This document shows, one piece after another, positions 12,393 to 26,050 of a stretch of 64,000 bases of DNA. How positions within the stretch are numbered: the first letter of the stretch is position 1; the number at the start of each line of letters is the position of its first letter. The notes beneath the pieces were generated by a model. The model had not been told where the DNA came from. It was given only the letters and a program-made list of their open reading frames with translations, and made no database searches. Source of the stretch: Anthoceros angustus (lineage: Eukaryota; Plantae; Anthocerotophyta); contig VJWM01000126.1 of the NCBI GenBank assembly GCA_010909165.1, positions 434,001 to 498,000 on the forward strand, read 5' to 3'. The position numbers and the translations under genes were made by a program.

Positions 12393-15300
12393 ACACCGGC
12401 CCCACAATCCCTTCTTCATCCCCCAGTGATGGCAGCTCAACAACCAGCTGCAGGAGCCCTCGCTCCTTTGAAAATAGAGTTCCGAGATAAGGACAGATTC
12501 TGAAGGATCATGGGGCAGCCATGCTGGTGGAAGGAGGAGAGGAGAGGAGGAGGCAAGAGTAGCTCTCTATCTTTGAGATGAGGCTTGGAGGGTATTTATA
12601 CCCTCCAATAGGGCTCCCTAGGAAGCTCCACAAGAAGCTCCTAGGAAGGAGCACAAGAAGCTTCCTAGTGATTAGCTTAAGCTAAACTAATGATACTTAA
12701 TCGACACCTAACTTAGACTAAGTGTATTAGTCTAAGTATTGGGCTTTAATACCCTTACAACCTCCCACTTAAAGGCCAATTTACCTTCAGGAGAATGGAC
12801 TATCTCATGCCCATCGTCCGAGCTTGTGCAAATTGCTCTGTAGAGAGTCCCTTGGTAAGAATATCGCGGGTTCGTGTGTGAACCTTGACAAGTTGTACCC
12901 TCTTGTCGTCCAACACCTCTCGAATGAAGTGATACTTCACATCCACATGTTTAGTCTTCGCATGAAACATCGGATTCTTTGCCAATTGGATAGCACTGCT
13001 ATCACAATGCAACACCGGCACTCAACCTTGATCCCCAAGTCTCCCACTAAACGAGCAAGCCATATGGCTTCCTTGCAAGCCTCGCTTCGCAACATACTCG
13101 GCCTGTGGTAGATAGCGTAATGCACGATCGCAAACGAGATCGCCATGAGATCGCCTCCAAAGGCACGTGAAGACATAACTGATGTGGACCTCCTTTGTCC
13201 ATATCCTCGCATAATCGATCTGTACCCAACCACACATGCATCTTCACTACCAAAACATATGCACAAAGCTTTTGTACCATTTATACCTCATAACTCCTTT
13301 TATCGCCTCCCAATGCTTCTTGCCGTGGTTTGACATAAACTCGCTAACCACTCCCACCGCAAAGGCAATGTCGGACGTAGCAATCATTGCATACATCAAA
13401 CTCCCTACGGTGATGAGTATGGGACCTTCTCCATTTGACTTTGTCCTCCTCGAGCTTGGGCAATCCGCGCTTGAAAGTTTCACATATGGAGGCAATGGAG
13501 TACCCAATGGCTTCCCTTCTCCATGTTGAAACGTTGAAGCACTGTTAATGTATTCCGGAGACAAATAAAGCACGCTTATGTCTGTCCGACGAATACGCAT
13601 GCCAAGTATATGGCTCGCCTCCCAAGTCTGCTATTTCAAAGTGAGCATTCAACTTTGACTTCTGAAATCTCATCAAGACTGCTCCAAAGAATTAGCATAT
13701 CATCCACATAGAGGATCAAAATGAGCAAGCTTTGATCCTTAGCTTGCTTCAGATAGAGGCAATGATCCTCATCGCTACGCTTGTAGCCTTGAGAAAGCAT
13801 AAATGAGTGGAACTTGTGATACCACCGGGTGCCTGCTTCAAACCATAAAGGCTCTTCCTCAACCTCGCACACCGATGCTCTTTGCCCTTCTCAACAAAAC
13901 CTTCCGTTGCTGCATGTAGACGCCTCTTGAAGGTCACCATGCAAGAATGCCGCCTTGACATCCATCCGCATAAGTTCCATATCATCCCGCAACCAAAGCA
14001 AGAACACATCGCAAAGTTGTCATTTTGACTCGGTGAGAAAATCTCATCAAAGTCAATGCCGTTGTTGCTTGAAACCCTTAGCAACCAATCGTGCCTTGTA
14101 CTTTGGTTTGCCATCAAGCGGTATGACCTTCATCTTGTACACCATTTGCAGAGTGCCTTCTTATCCTTAGGCAACGGAACCAACTCCCAAGTTTGGTTCT
14201 TATGCACAATTCATGATCGCATGGCCTTCTCCCACTTGTCTACCGCATGAGCCTCTTTGTAAGAAGAGGGTTCCCCACAATCTGTCGATAACATAATCCG
14301 AGATGGATCATACCGCCGAGGTCGTAATCCCCGCCTCGACCCACGGCATGCACCTCTATAGGTGCTTGTTCGACTCTTGGTTCATCTATCGGGAGGAATG
14401 TGCTCGCACATTACCACTATCAACCCGCCCATGATGATCATGTCCATCTTCTTGGAAGATCACCCTTCGCACCTCCACAGCTTGGAGTAGGCTTCCGTGC
14501 ATCTTGTTCTCATTGAAGAACACGTCGTTAGTACGAACAACCTTTCTAGCCTCGGATCCCACAAACGGTATCCCATCTCACCAATCACCATAGCCAAGAA
14601 AAATACATTTCTTGGACTTAGGTGCCAACTTGTCCCGAAACTCTTTTGGAACATGGCAAGATGCCTCCCAAACACTCGCAGATGCTTGTAGGATGGTTCT
14701 GCACCATAGCTCCTCCGAACTCGCTCATCAATGTTATTAGGAGATCTAATAAGATGAACTGCAGAGACACGCTCGCCCAAAACCCATTAGGCAATCCAGA
14801 GTTTGACAACAAACTACGCATCCTCTCCTCGGTTCTGCTCATCCGCCCCACACCATTTTGTGGAGGAGATATACCTCTTTTGATTCCCTTGGAATCATGT
14901 AATGACCGAAAGCTGAAACATACTCCACCATTATCCGCCTTAGACACTTCAATCGGTGGCGATCGATTCTCTACAAGGGTGACAAATTTCAAACACCGTA
15001 ACTTCATCCTTTTTCCTCAAAGGATAAACCCACACCTTGCGTGAGAAAATCATCTATGAAAGTGACAAAATAAGAGGCACCGCCTAATGATGCAGAGGCA
15101 TAGGTCCACATACATCACCGTGAACCAACTCAAGAGGTTTACTTACTTTTATTCTTGTGTTCGATGTGATGATTTTGTCTGCTTCCCATATAAATGCTCA
15201 CACATCGAGAGATCGAGAAGTTAAGAATGTGGATATAACCGTAACGATAAAACCTTCATTCCCTTCTCGAGACATATGTCCTAACCGCAATGCCACAAGG

Positions 15301-17389
15301 AAACATTTGGCTGCTCTGTCACAGATCACATGATCTTTGATGGTTTACCAAGTGAGTACAAAGTGCCACACTGATCCACGAGCTAACACAAGAGAACCTT
15401 TGGAGATCTTCCAAGAGTGATCCCCAAACCAGAGTGGTAACCAAAGATCATCCAATCTCCGCTAATCATGCTCTTTGTCAACTTCGAACATGCCTAACGC
15501 CCTTCAAAGATGAATGAAGATCCGTTGTCAAACTTGAGTTGCACATCACGCCGCGATCCGCATGCATAGTTATTTCCAAGCCTAACGATCCTTTCCTTGT
15601 AGCATCATACGTGTTAAACCACTCTATGCGGAGTAACATGGAAAGATGCACCGAGTCAATTATCCAATTGCGTAATAAATGACTATCCACGGGTTAATTG
15701 TGCAAGATTCAAGTAAGAAGAGATAAGGACATCTCCGTCCTCAACGTAGTTTAACTCTTCCAACTCGATGACAAGTCGCCTTGTCTGTCCCCGCTTCTTC
15801 TTTTCCTTGGTCCTTTTGAACTTCTCGCACTCTCTTTGAAGTGACCCTTTGTGACAATAGTGACACTCCACATTCTTGTTACGACTACGAGATTTGCTAC
15901 GAGAAGCTTCCGGTTGCTTCCCCTTCGCAGGGACCTCCCTCTCACTATGAGGGCACCGGAACCTTTGGAAGGTTCCATGTTTTTCCTGCTCACCTCCTCG
16001 TTAAGGCTACCTTCTACATTTACAATGGTAAGACCACTAGCAGTGTAATTACTCGAGCATTTAAAGGTGTCCCAACTCTCCGTAATGTGACCACATAAAC
16101 ATAGCTCTCACTAACTGGGAACGTGATACCTTGAGATGAGAGCTGAAAATGGTATTGAAATCATTCGATGATCGGACATCCTCGTCCCTTCCTTCATCTT
16201 CAAGTCCACCACCGTTTCAACCAATACACCGAGAAGCCGCACTTTGCTTCTCATAGTGTCACATACCGCCACGTCGTAACTCGTGGTCTTATCTTTCACA
16301 TTGAAGTACACTGCTTTTGACAATGTTAGCATGATAGTAGATCTAGCAAGCTCATCCAGTCCCGCCACTCATCCTGAGTCATACTATCTGGTTTGACGCC
16401 TAACAACTTTATGGGCTTGATCTGCTTTTTCTGCACTAGAACATTATACACTTGTTCTTTCCAGAACGGGAAGTTAGTACCATAACATGGTAATATTTGA
16501 AAGGGCTGAATATACATCAAGCGGCTTCATAGGCCAATATACGCTAAACAGGGTTTGTGATGGGTATCAAACTGGTTCTATGGTACATAGATAGCGGAAA
16601 ACACGAAAAATTAGGGTGTTCCACATGTGGATCAGGATCCATGGATGATGATCGACCAGAATGGTGTGCACGCTAACACAATACATGATTCCAAGGGAAT
16701 GGAGACCCATGCCGTATGAAATTGCATTTAGTAACGAGCAACTGCACTGTAGTAATTGAGGCTTATTTATGTATGTCCTCACGACCTCGCCAACCCAAAA
16801 CTGTAATACATGGACTTTCCGAAAGGGAATACATCACACACCTCGCAATATGGAGGACACCGTGCCTGCGTCGGATGAGAGGAATGGGCGCCGGCATGCC
16901 GGCGCCATTTTAATGTCGGCGCCTAACGCCATGGTCACTTGCTCACCGAATGTGCACGGAGAGTCGGGGTAATTGGCGCCGGCATGCCGCATAGCTGACC
17001 CCGCCTCCTTGCAAGGTCATGAATGAGATGGTGCCACCCGTCACAAACCGATGCCATAGTGAACTGAATTCTCTGTTTATGGTCCACATATGCGGAGGGC
17101 CTTAGTTTTTATCCCCGCTTCTGTTCTTTGAGCAACACGCCTCAAACTATGGTTGGGGAAACAAAGTGTGATGAACCCTAGGGATTTGGGAACTCTAATT
17201 CATCGCGACAATGTTCAATGAAGAAATCGATTTGATTCATGTAAGGGGCCCGCATGCCCGTAGTAGTAACATTTTCTTTGGGATTGGAGATAAAAAGTTC
17301 ACTCATAACTCGATACTACGCTGGCCTCTTCCCATTGGCCATGACAACACCATCCAATCTATCTCTTACATTGTACCAACCAACGAATC

Positions 17390-20300
17390 ACATCCTTACT
17401 CTTCGCCGACTCTAAACCTTCTTCCTCGTCAGACAACTTCATCACCATCATCCTCGCTATCGATGTGCATCTATGGAGGAGGGCACGATATGAGGTCAAG
17501 AGCATTCAATTTCTCTTTGATTGCTTTCTTGTCTGCAGAGATGTTTCTGGATGTCACTTGAACCCATAATATACAATAATGGTTTTACGGACGAAGAGCT
17601 TGGATGTTCGGAGGCTGAAACCTTTTCCGCCTTGCCTTTCAATGTGCTGCAATGTCGCTATCGACCGAGAAAGTATTCCCTACATACTTCCTTCAAAGGC
17701 ATCCGTGTGTTCGGTCCGCCACCGCACAAGGAAATATGGGTCGTGACTGGTGGACACCAACAACCTTGGCCACCCAACGCCCTATTGTGAGTATCGCCCT
17801 CACAAGGCGTTACAATGAACATACCTTTTCAATCTCCATGATGTCACCATTCATCCTCTCCACTTCCTCATCACGTGCTCAACGTCGATATGCTCCTGTA
17901 CATGTCCTTGTGGCACATCCCGCAATAATGCTTCGTCAGAGAGCCTCATCCGCACCGCAAGGAGGCACATTTGCTCGCCACGCCCTATCATACCACTTCC
18001 ACGGGTTTTCAAAACAAGTCCGATGTTATGGTCCACGATCGCTCGATCTCCTCGATCCTTCCAAATCATCCCACCACTCCCCTCAACAGCATTAACATAA
18101 GTTGGTAACTTCAGCATCCCTTTCTTCAAGTGATCTACGCCATCACGTGCACTCAAGCCTCCTCCACTCCCTTTCTTGTCTTTCGCCTGCAATGCCATTA
18201 AGGGAGTTGGGCCGATGATGCTGTTAGGCACAAACGACAAGAACTCCATGCCATCTTCAGTTTCCCACAATGGAGAAGTCGAGTATTGTTTACTCCGAAT
18301 GACCGTTACCTTTTCCCGTCCCACTTTGTCTTCTTGGGTAATTTTGAACTGGTGTTGGAACGAAAGGTTGTTCAACTTCCGCACTGCAGCTTTGTACTTC
18401 CGACCTCCTTCTCCTGATTGCATCGGCCACACAAATGAACGGAAATCTGCAACTTCCGTCACCACCTTCACTTCTGGGTTCGGTGTATAAGCTGTTCTCA
18501 AAATGTCCTGCATAGTTGGTAGGGTTCTAGCCTCTTTGTGTTTCAGATGTTTCGAGAAACAAGAAAACATTTGGTCGACTTGATCGTGTGTATGCCCAAC
18601 AAGAAGAAAACCAACCTTCACCTTCTCAAACGTTCCTAGGTCGACGAGCATGTTGAGGTAAGCAAAGAGCATGATTCTTGTTCTCCCCGCATGTGTTGTC
18701 CAAATTGCAAATATAAAACTTTAGGAAGCAACCCTTCATAAGTGAGGATCACATCTGTATAATAGAAATCGTCAAATTTGCATCATTCCTCAAATTCGCA
18801 TAGTGGAGATACGCCTTGAATGTGTAATTATGAATCATGCAACCCACTACATGCAATCGTAATCTTGTGTCCTCTTTTAAGTCCTTCGCCACCTCAAGAT
18901 ATGGGGAGACGTTTTTCGATCCATTCCATCGATACATAATAACATATACTTGTGTGGCTCCTTGTACCCTTTGTGCGATGCTTGTGAAGCTTTTTCCGTT
19001 CATCCATCGACGGATACGATGCTTATCCAGCGCATCCCGATATACACCGCAGACAAATGAAAGTACAATGTTAGGGCTAGGAGAACTGGAACTCAAGAGG
19101 CGGACGCAATCAAGGCATGATCAAAACAACGTGAAAGGTCCGCAAACATGCCATTGCATGCATGCCAAAATTCCCAAAGACGCATAATCATGCATACTTC
19201 CAATCTGACCATGTCGACAACACTAGTTTGAGGGTACCGGCATGCCGGCACCATTGGAACCTAAGCTCGCCGGCAATAAAGATAGGGCACGCAGGCGGGC
19301 GCTGTACTGTGGCACAGCATGCCCGCACCATGGGTGCCTAGGCGCCGCCGGCACCATGGGTGCTCGCGCAGATCCACCGACTGGCGCCGGCATGACGGCA
19401 GCACAAGTACCTTCGTACCGCCATGCGTATCACAAGTACATGGGTGTGCATGCCGCCACATGTCCATGGGCGCCGGCATTCCGGCAAGGAGTGAAAGCGC
19501 GCAAGATGTCGAACCAGATCTGCGCTAGCATGCCGGAACAACCGATACGGCCGGCATGCCGTAATCTCTAGTACATGGTCGGCGGCATAACAGAACACAC
19601 AAGCGCGTCACAAAGATAACATGATCACACAGGTGTGTGGGCGCCGGCATGCCGGCATTCCACAAATTCATGTGCGCTGAATTGCCGGTAACCCAATGGT
19701 TCATCTGCGCCGGCATTCGGGCACCCCACTAGTCATCGGGAGCCGGCATGTTGGCAACAACGTGGTAGCTGGGCGCCGGCATGCCGCCTAGCGCCTCTCG
19801 GTGGCATGCATGCAACATAGTGTTGCGGAATCACCATCTGAGGAATAGGTAGGAACCGATGCCGCGCACACTGCTGGGAAGGTGAGCACTCGGCCGTGAG
19901 CACAACTTTACGCTTATACATTAATGTCCAAAGCGGCATTGGGCTTGGAAAGTCGACCTTGGTCTGGCATGCGGCGTCTGCGGCTTCTTATGTTGAACTT
20001 CAATCCTGCGCATAATGAACATGTCGAAAACCTATTGGACTTGGGTATCTTCACCCGCTTGAAGTTCTGCTCCCAAAGCCGCAGGTAGGCATATGAAATA
20101 AAGCGCAATCCTTTGTGCTCCATTTCCCTTTGTATTGTGTCCGGACCTCTAGCTTAGTGAATGTGTCCGCAAGTTATACACCTCCACGTTTGGCAAACGC
20201 CCGCCAAGTGGATAAATGTAGAGTCCATCCACGCAATCGCACCCAAAGCATGGGAGGATTGCACCGAGGACTTGGCTTATTCTCATCCCATGGAGCATTA

Positions 20301-21150
20301 CACAATACCCTCCTCTTCAACTCTTCATATCTTGTTGAGCCGATGCAGACACCAACCGGAAGGCTTTCAGCAGGATCTCATTGAGCAGACCCATGAGATG
20401 GGTTATAACTCGTTGTCTTGAGGCCTCGCAACTGGTCCGACAAGGGATCAAGAAATGTTTCTGTGGCTGCTCAACCTCGAGGAACTGTCCGCGCCTCGAA
20501 GCCTTCTTTGGTCAACATTTGGATGCACAATTTGTTGCAACATGGTTTCAAAATCCGCAACACAGCCCCTCTGTTTTAGAAAGAAACGACCGCTTCTCAA
20601 GGACATCCGTGTTCGCTTCCGCAACGCCTCGGACATAGGTTTGGATGATAGGAAGGTGGACTTCGCCTACCGGTGGTGTCTGGAAAACATTCTCTTCATC
20701 CACATTTGGGTGTCCACTTCTCCACCACTAGCATTTCCATTAAACACCTCGGACCGCCTGCACAACCCGTCGCCACTTTCCGGACGTACCCTCCCTCCCA
20801 CAGGACTTCTATCCATTGCGTAGAGAGATTCATATTTCTTGGAGTGGGAGGAAGAAAGCGAGGCACACGAGCTGATGAGTCCTCCTCCACCTGGACTCGC
20901 ACTCAAGAAGTGAACATTTGTCGGGCAATGCGGAAGTGCGCGCGGCCCACACGAGAACTCCACTTCACGCTTTATAACATGTCACCAATGCTCGATTGTA
21001 ATTGCTTACTTTTGAGAAGGTTGAGGCATGCATGCAAACGCCGAGTCATATCTGGCGGCAAAATTCGCTTGACGCTTTGGTTCTTCTTTCCGAATCGATC
21101 TCTCGGAGATATTGGGAGGCATCTTCGCCTCCAAAATGAACATCGCCATC
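17390..21150 (-). pseudogene. DUF7869-type (Sola-like) DDD/E transposase, frameshifted, with a probable intron ~19045-19940
   Basis: KRVKIPKSNRFSTCSLC (~20000), LLCIDGMD (~18930), LRLHVVGCMIH...NDANLTISII, VLYLQLDNTCGENKN (~18700), FLLVGHTHDQVDQMFS (~18590), C-terminal YFLVRWW-like domain and acidic tail. Confidence 0.8.
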
Positions 21151-21601
21151 ACGGTCCTTCCGAATCGGCAACCACGTGACCCACATTGCCGTAAAGTTTC
21201 ACTACAAAGGGTAATAGAAGTGAGGGGCAGGTATCACCTCGGCGTCATGAAGAATGTGCGTAGCTTGCATGATGGAGGTCTAGAACCTTGACGCCCGCCG
21301 CGACACCAATAGTCGCCAACCTCGCAAACTATAGCCAACGCTTTTTGCTCTCGTGTTGTACCTCTCTCACATTCCGACCGTATGGAACATTGAATGGGTG
21401 GAAAACGGGTTTCACGCTTTCTTGAAAGCCAAAGCAACAGGCCAATCCTTCTCGCAAGAAGTAAAGTGACGAAAATATTTTTCCAGCAAGGCATGCATCA
21501 TTACATCTAGCGGATCGAAACGGCGGCTCCAATTTATGGTTTTAACCACGAAACGGCGTTTCCATCTTCGCAACTAATTTAGGGTTTCCTCATACAGACA
21601 C

Positions 21602-22894
21602 ATGTCGGCACCGTATTATGTGTCTATTGTCGACCTACCAAGTGAGCGTAACGACGCCATCTTCTTCACTGCTCACCGGGTTCGGAAGGCAACAAGTGCT
21701 TGTGAGGTGAGAGAACTCACGGCCCAATTCACCGGCGCAGCAGATCTGGCAAAATTCCCGCCTTGCTCCAGCAATTCCGTGTCGCGGTGAAGGAATTCGC
21801 GCACAGAAGCCGGCCATGGCAGCCAAGTCCCGCCTCGAGCGGCGAGCATCAAAGGCAGCTAACCCCACAAGCATCGTGCACGCAGCGGAGGGTTGGTATT
21901 TCGCTTCAACCCACACAACCATTGTTTTGGATGGGCACCGCCTTGACCCGCCTTGTGTGATTTCGTGAGAGCAGATATGGCAAGTGGAAGGCGGCCGGAA
22001 GGAGCTGGCGCCAGATCTGTAGAGCTTGTGGACAAGCCAAAGCGGCATAAGAAACGACACTCAAGAAGGAAGAGGAGACAGCAGCGGACCGCCGTGAGCA
22101 TAGCGGAGGGGCAAAGGGTCCGCTGGTTCCGGGTTCCCACGTTCGAAACCAAGCTCTGCAAAGGGAGCGCAAGGGCCTGGGAAAAAGGTTGGCCTTCCCA
22201 AGTCTCAGAAGGCTCCTCCCCTGGATCCCATCCCATCTCCTTATACGTATGAGGAGGCGGTGCAGCTTCGCAAGCACACAAGCCAGGTTGATGAAGTTGT
22301 TTTGTTGGAGAAAGACTGGTTGTTCACGCAGTCGGAGGAACCTGAAGAGGACACAATGGTGTGGACTCCCTTGTTAAAGCTGTGGATTTTTGGGTTCAAT
22401 GGTGCTTGCACAATCGAGGGCTAGGCGGGATGGGTTCTGGGCTACAATGGATGTGGTGGATGGTGAACCGGAGTTCCGTGTTTTGTGCACATCCAAGCCT
22501 TACAAGTGGAAGGGTTGCCACCGACCAGATGACTACAATGTGTATGTGCTAAGGCGGCAAACTTTCACGGCGGAAGTGTGAACCGATATCTGAAGGAAAT
22601 TCTTGGATGCTGGCGAATTGAAAATGTAAGTGCAAATGTTTCCCTCAACTCTCTCTAACATGATCGGTGTGTATTTGAGAGGTCGATAAAAGTAACACAT
22701 GTCTTGTGTTAAAACCATGCGTGGTGGAAGATCATTTTATAGGTTTCTTTGTCGTGATTACAGACTCCATGAAAATGCACCGCGAGATGTCTTCGGAGGA
22801 CAAGGTGCCTTCCAGCTTTGCCTTTACTAATGCGAAGAAGAGGAAGAGTTTGGACCCTCGGATGAGGAGGATGGTCCCATTGGGCGGCAGCTAG
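21602..22894 (+). pseudogene. Unidentified cargo ORF of D, divergent from the transposase, frameshifted; may be 5' exons of the ParB-MTase gene
   Basis: MSAPYYVSIVDLPSERNDAIFFTAHRV..., YTYEEAVQLRKHTSQVDEVVLLEKDWLF, KGCHRPDDYNVYVLRRQTF, CVVEDHFIGFFVVITD; protein-like in short stretches, not recognised. Confidence 0.4.
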
Positions 22895-23649
22895 ACCGGA
22901 TGAGGAAGCCTCAAGACCAAGAGGAGGAAAGGGACAAGGGGCTTCTTTGCTTGTGCCAAAGTTAGCATACGTTCCTGATGAAGATGGGAGCAGGAGGAAC
23001 CCTCCTCTTCGCGACAACCAGGAATTGGGAAGCCCGCAAATCAATTGGTTTGTATCGGGCTTTGATGCAGGGGAGGGGCGCCGGCATGCCGGCGCCTCTG
23101 GGGTGCCTTCCCAAGCGAGAAGGCACCCTAGCACGTTAGGTGGTGTGCAATCAGAGGCACCACCAGCAGCCGCTAGTGGTAGTGGGGAGCCCGCCACCGA
23201 GGGCAAGAAAGACATCTGGAGCCATGGAGCTCTATGCAGTGGTGACGCCGAGGAGGAAGGGCGCCGGCATGCCGGGCCTCCTTCCTCCGATGATGGGGCA
23301 TGCCGGCGCCCCATGTCTTCGTGAGGCGGTGGGAGGCGACGCGCGGCCCCTCCTCCGATATGTCGGATGGGCCATGCCGCGCCTCCCAATGGATGTAGGG
23401 CGCGGCATGCGCCTCCGTGGTGAGGGGGGCGGCATGCCGCCCCCCGGGAAGGTGGGGATGCGGGCGCCGGCATGCCGCCTTCGTGGAAGGTGGGGATGCG
23501 GGCGCGATGCCGCGCCCACGTGAGCCGAGCAGAGATGGAGAACCCGGGGCTGGGGAAGAGGAAGACTTCCTCATCCGACCCACCGAGGCAACACTCAGTG
23601 TGGATGCCGCGCAGATACGAGGCGGAAGAAAGGAAAACGCACTTCCGAT

Positions 23650-26050
23650 AGCAATGACATTCCAACTGCATATGTGGCCACGATGGGGAGCGACAGCATC
23701 TATGTTGGATGAAGATTATTTGAGCAACGAGAATCGGCGTATGCAAAAAAGGTGGTTCGAAACTGCTCTTGTGAAGCTCGAGAACTTGAGGCTGCATCAT
23801 TTCGACTCGGCGCAGATCCGGAATGTGGATGAGGCTGGCTAACTATTTGGCACGTGATAGCAAAAGGACGATAGAGGAAGGAGTCCTCCCCGCCTGTATG
23901 ATTGACCCATCGAATGCGTGGATATCAAAGCGGACTGGATCAAGTTTCGGGCTAAGAAGTACGTGATGGGAGTCTTAGGTGGCAATCATATGCCGCCATG
24001 AAGCACCTTGCGACATATCGCCGTGGAAGGCAAGGTTCCAATGGATGGAGGCCCATGTTTATTGTGGGCTTACTATGGGAGATGAGGATATTGGCAATGA
24101 CCACAACACGATGTCCGACAAGAGGAAAAGATGAATTTCATCGAACAAGTTAGGTACTGCGAGATGAGCTCCAAATTGCAAAGCGAGATGGTGTGACCAT
24201 GAGCATGAACTGGAAGTTTAACCTTTATAAGGTGCTTGGGCTAATAGAGGACGATGAAGGTCGAGGATGAGCAATATAAACTGAACAAGGTGGACAACAG
24301 GACACATATTCTATGCATTGCGAAATTAGAGGGAAAGGTTTGGGAGAATGTTGATAGCATTTTCACCAAGTGGGAGGCCATGGAGCTACCGGAGCAGGCA
24401 AAGCATGTGGTAGCCAAAGCATGTGGCAGCTGGGACCAGCAAGAAGAGCAAAGGAAAACGCAAAGTTGCTGATGAAACGAAGCCTGTTAAAGGAGTCTTC
24501 CTGAAGCCCAAAGAAATGCAGGGCAAGCCATGGCGCAGTTTCCAAGGTATTCCTCCGGGAGACCGCGAAGATGCTAATTAGTGTGAGAAGGTGTGTGTAG
24601 ACTGAATGGAATGTCCAAGGAGGTGACATCATGGAAGAAATTTCATGTCATACAAGTGGCTATGGCAAAGCATCCGGGTGTAGTTCATTCGACATGGTGA
24701 GAGACGAATACCCACTACACTCATCGGATGAATCGCGAGGTTCCAAACCGCTTTTGAGGGAAAGGTATGTCCTTCTATGTCCTGAGATAGATTGAAGCCG
24801 CTTGCCGCACCACCAATCGCTTTTTCTTGTTTTTCAATGAGGAAGAGAGGGCGACGCATGCCGGCGCCCTCTCTTCTCTCCGGCGTGTGATTGAAGCTTT
24901 AGCATTGTCTTCGTGCGGAAGTAAAAGATGTTGAAGACCAAGAAATTGCGAGGATTTTCAAGCTTTCACGAGAGGTGCACACATGGAAAGGCTTGGAGGA
25001 CGAGCAAAGGGCACTTGCAGACATGGACATGGAGGAAGGGCTCCAATCTTTCACGCCAAAACGGAGAATATTGTGAACTACGTGGTATCAAGAGATGCCT
25101 TGGACATGCGGGGTTTCTACGGGTTCAAGGTACACACTATTGTTGATGGATGTGCCGGGATTCAATAAGGGACAACATGATGTGAAGATGGATCGTGCGT
25201 GAACACCATTTTCCATTCTTTCCATGACATGACAAGTTGCTCGGAGATTAGATTGATAGTCATGCATGGAGTAGAAGAGCTGCACATGGTGAGAGAGGCA
25301 ATGCGGAAGTGGTGCAGGTGGAGGGATGGTCTCCTTTGGGATAAAACGAATATGCACAACGACCAAGGAGGCTATGACATGGAGTACATCACGGGTCAGG
25401 GTTTCACCTCCAGCAGCAAGATCGGAAGATGTCTATGCTCCCGAATAACTTGCAGGGCTCTTTCAACAATGGGCGGCAGCCCTTGCGCACTACACTTGTG
25501 AAGAAGTCATTGTATATGTCATTTGACAAGTGGTGGTATACCGATTCTAGGCCTCGATGATGAAGCTCATCAAGAACTTTTCGAAAGAGGGAGACTGGTT
25601 ACGGATGTATGTGGGATTGACATTGGCGCTGCTATGTGGACAATTGTATTCTTGCCGATATTGATAAGCGAGTTTATTCCAGGAGGATCCATGGATATGA
25701 AGTCTGATGCCGAGGAGGAATTGACTCATGAGCCGCACTGTGGGACCCTCCCACGGGCTAAGGAATTGAGTCTTTCCGAGAAGGATGTCTCCTGTGGTTC
25801 CTTTGGGGTTGAACAGGATGAAGGAGATCACAGGAGATATTCTGGACGATGGCCAACAAACCTTGCCCACCTTATGGCAGCCTGAGAACAACGGGAAAGG
25901 AAATGATGGTGGCCTTTTGGATGCAGAGAATGCCATGAGGGAGAATGACAATTTCAAGATGCGAGGAGGCAAGGTCAAGAGTACTAAGTCGTTCTTTGAG
26001 GCCGGGCAAAGTGCCCACCGAGTCCCAACCTGCGGATTAATTGGGCGATT
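23650..26050 (+). pseudogene. ParB/Sulfiredoxin-like domain plus beta-class amino (N6-adenine/N4-cytosine) DNA methyltransferase-like gene
   Basis: QIRNVDEA...YVMGVLGGNH...VYCGLT...GNDHN (23810-24110); RYTLLLMDVP-G (25128-25160, motif IV-like); LIVMHG...LLWDKTN...MEYIT (25250-25392); KLIKNFSKEGDW(V)TDVCG...AAM..DNCILADID (25562-25665, motif I-like); reconstructed across frameshifts. Confidence 0.68.

Noticed and set aside
16326-16520. ORF MMYIQPFQILPCYGTNFPFW as the gag start
   Set aside because: Chimeric: its first residues come from D's left TIR. The true gag start lies beyond 26404.
19237-19790. Palindromic repeat cluster as a CRISPR array
   Set aside because: Irregular spacing, variable repeat length, no cas genes, eukaryotic context.
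22709-23800. 363-aa minus-strand ORF and overlapping ORFs
   Set aside because: Low-complexity Pro/Arg/Gly/Ala translation of GC-rich palindrome-laden DNA; open in several frames, with no domain signal.
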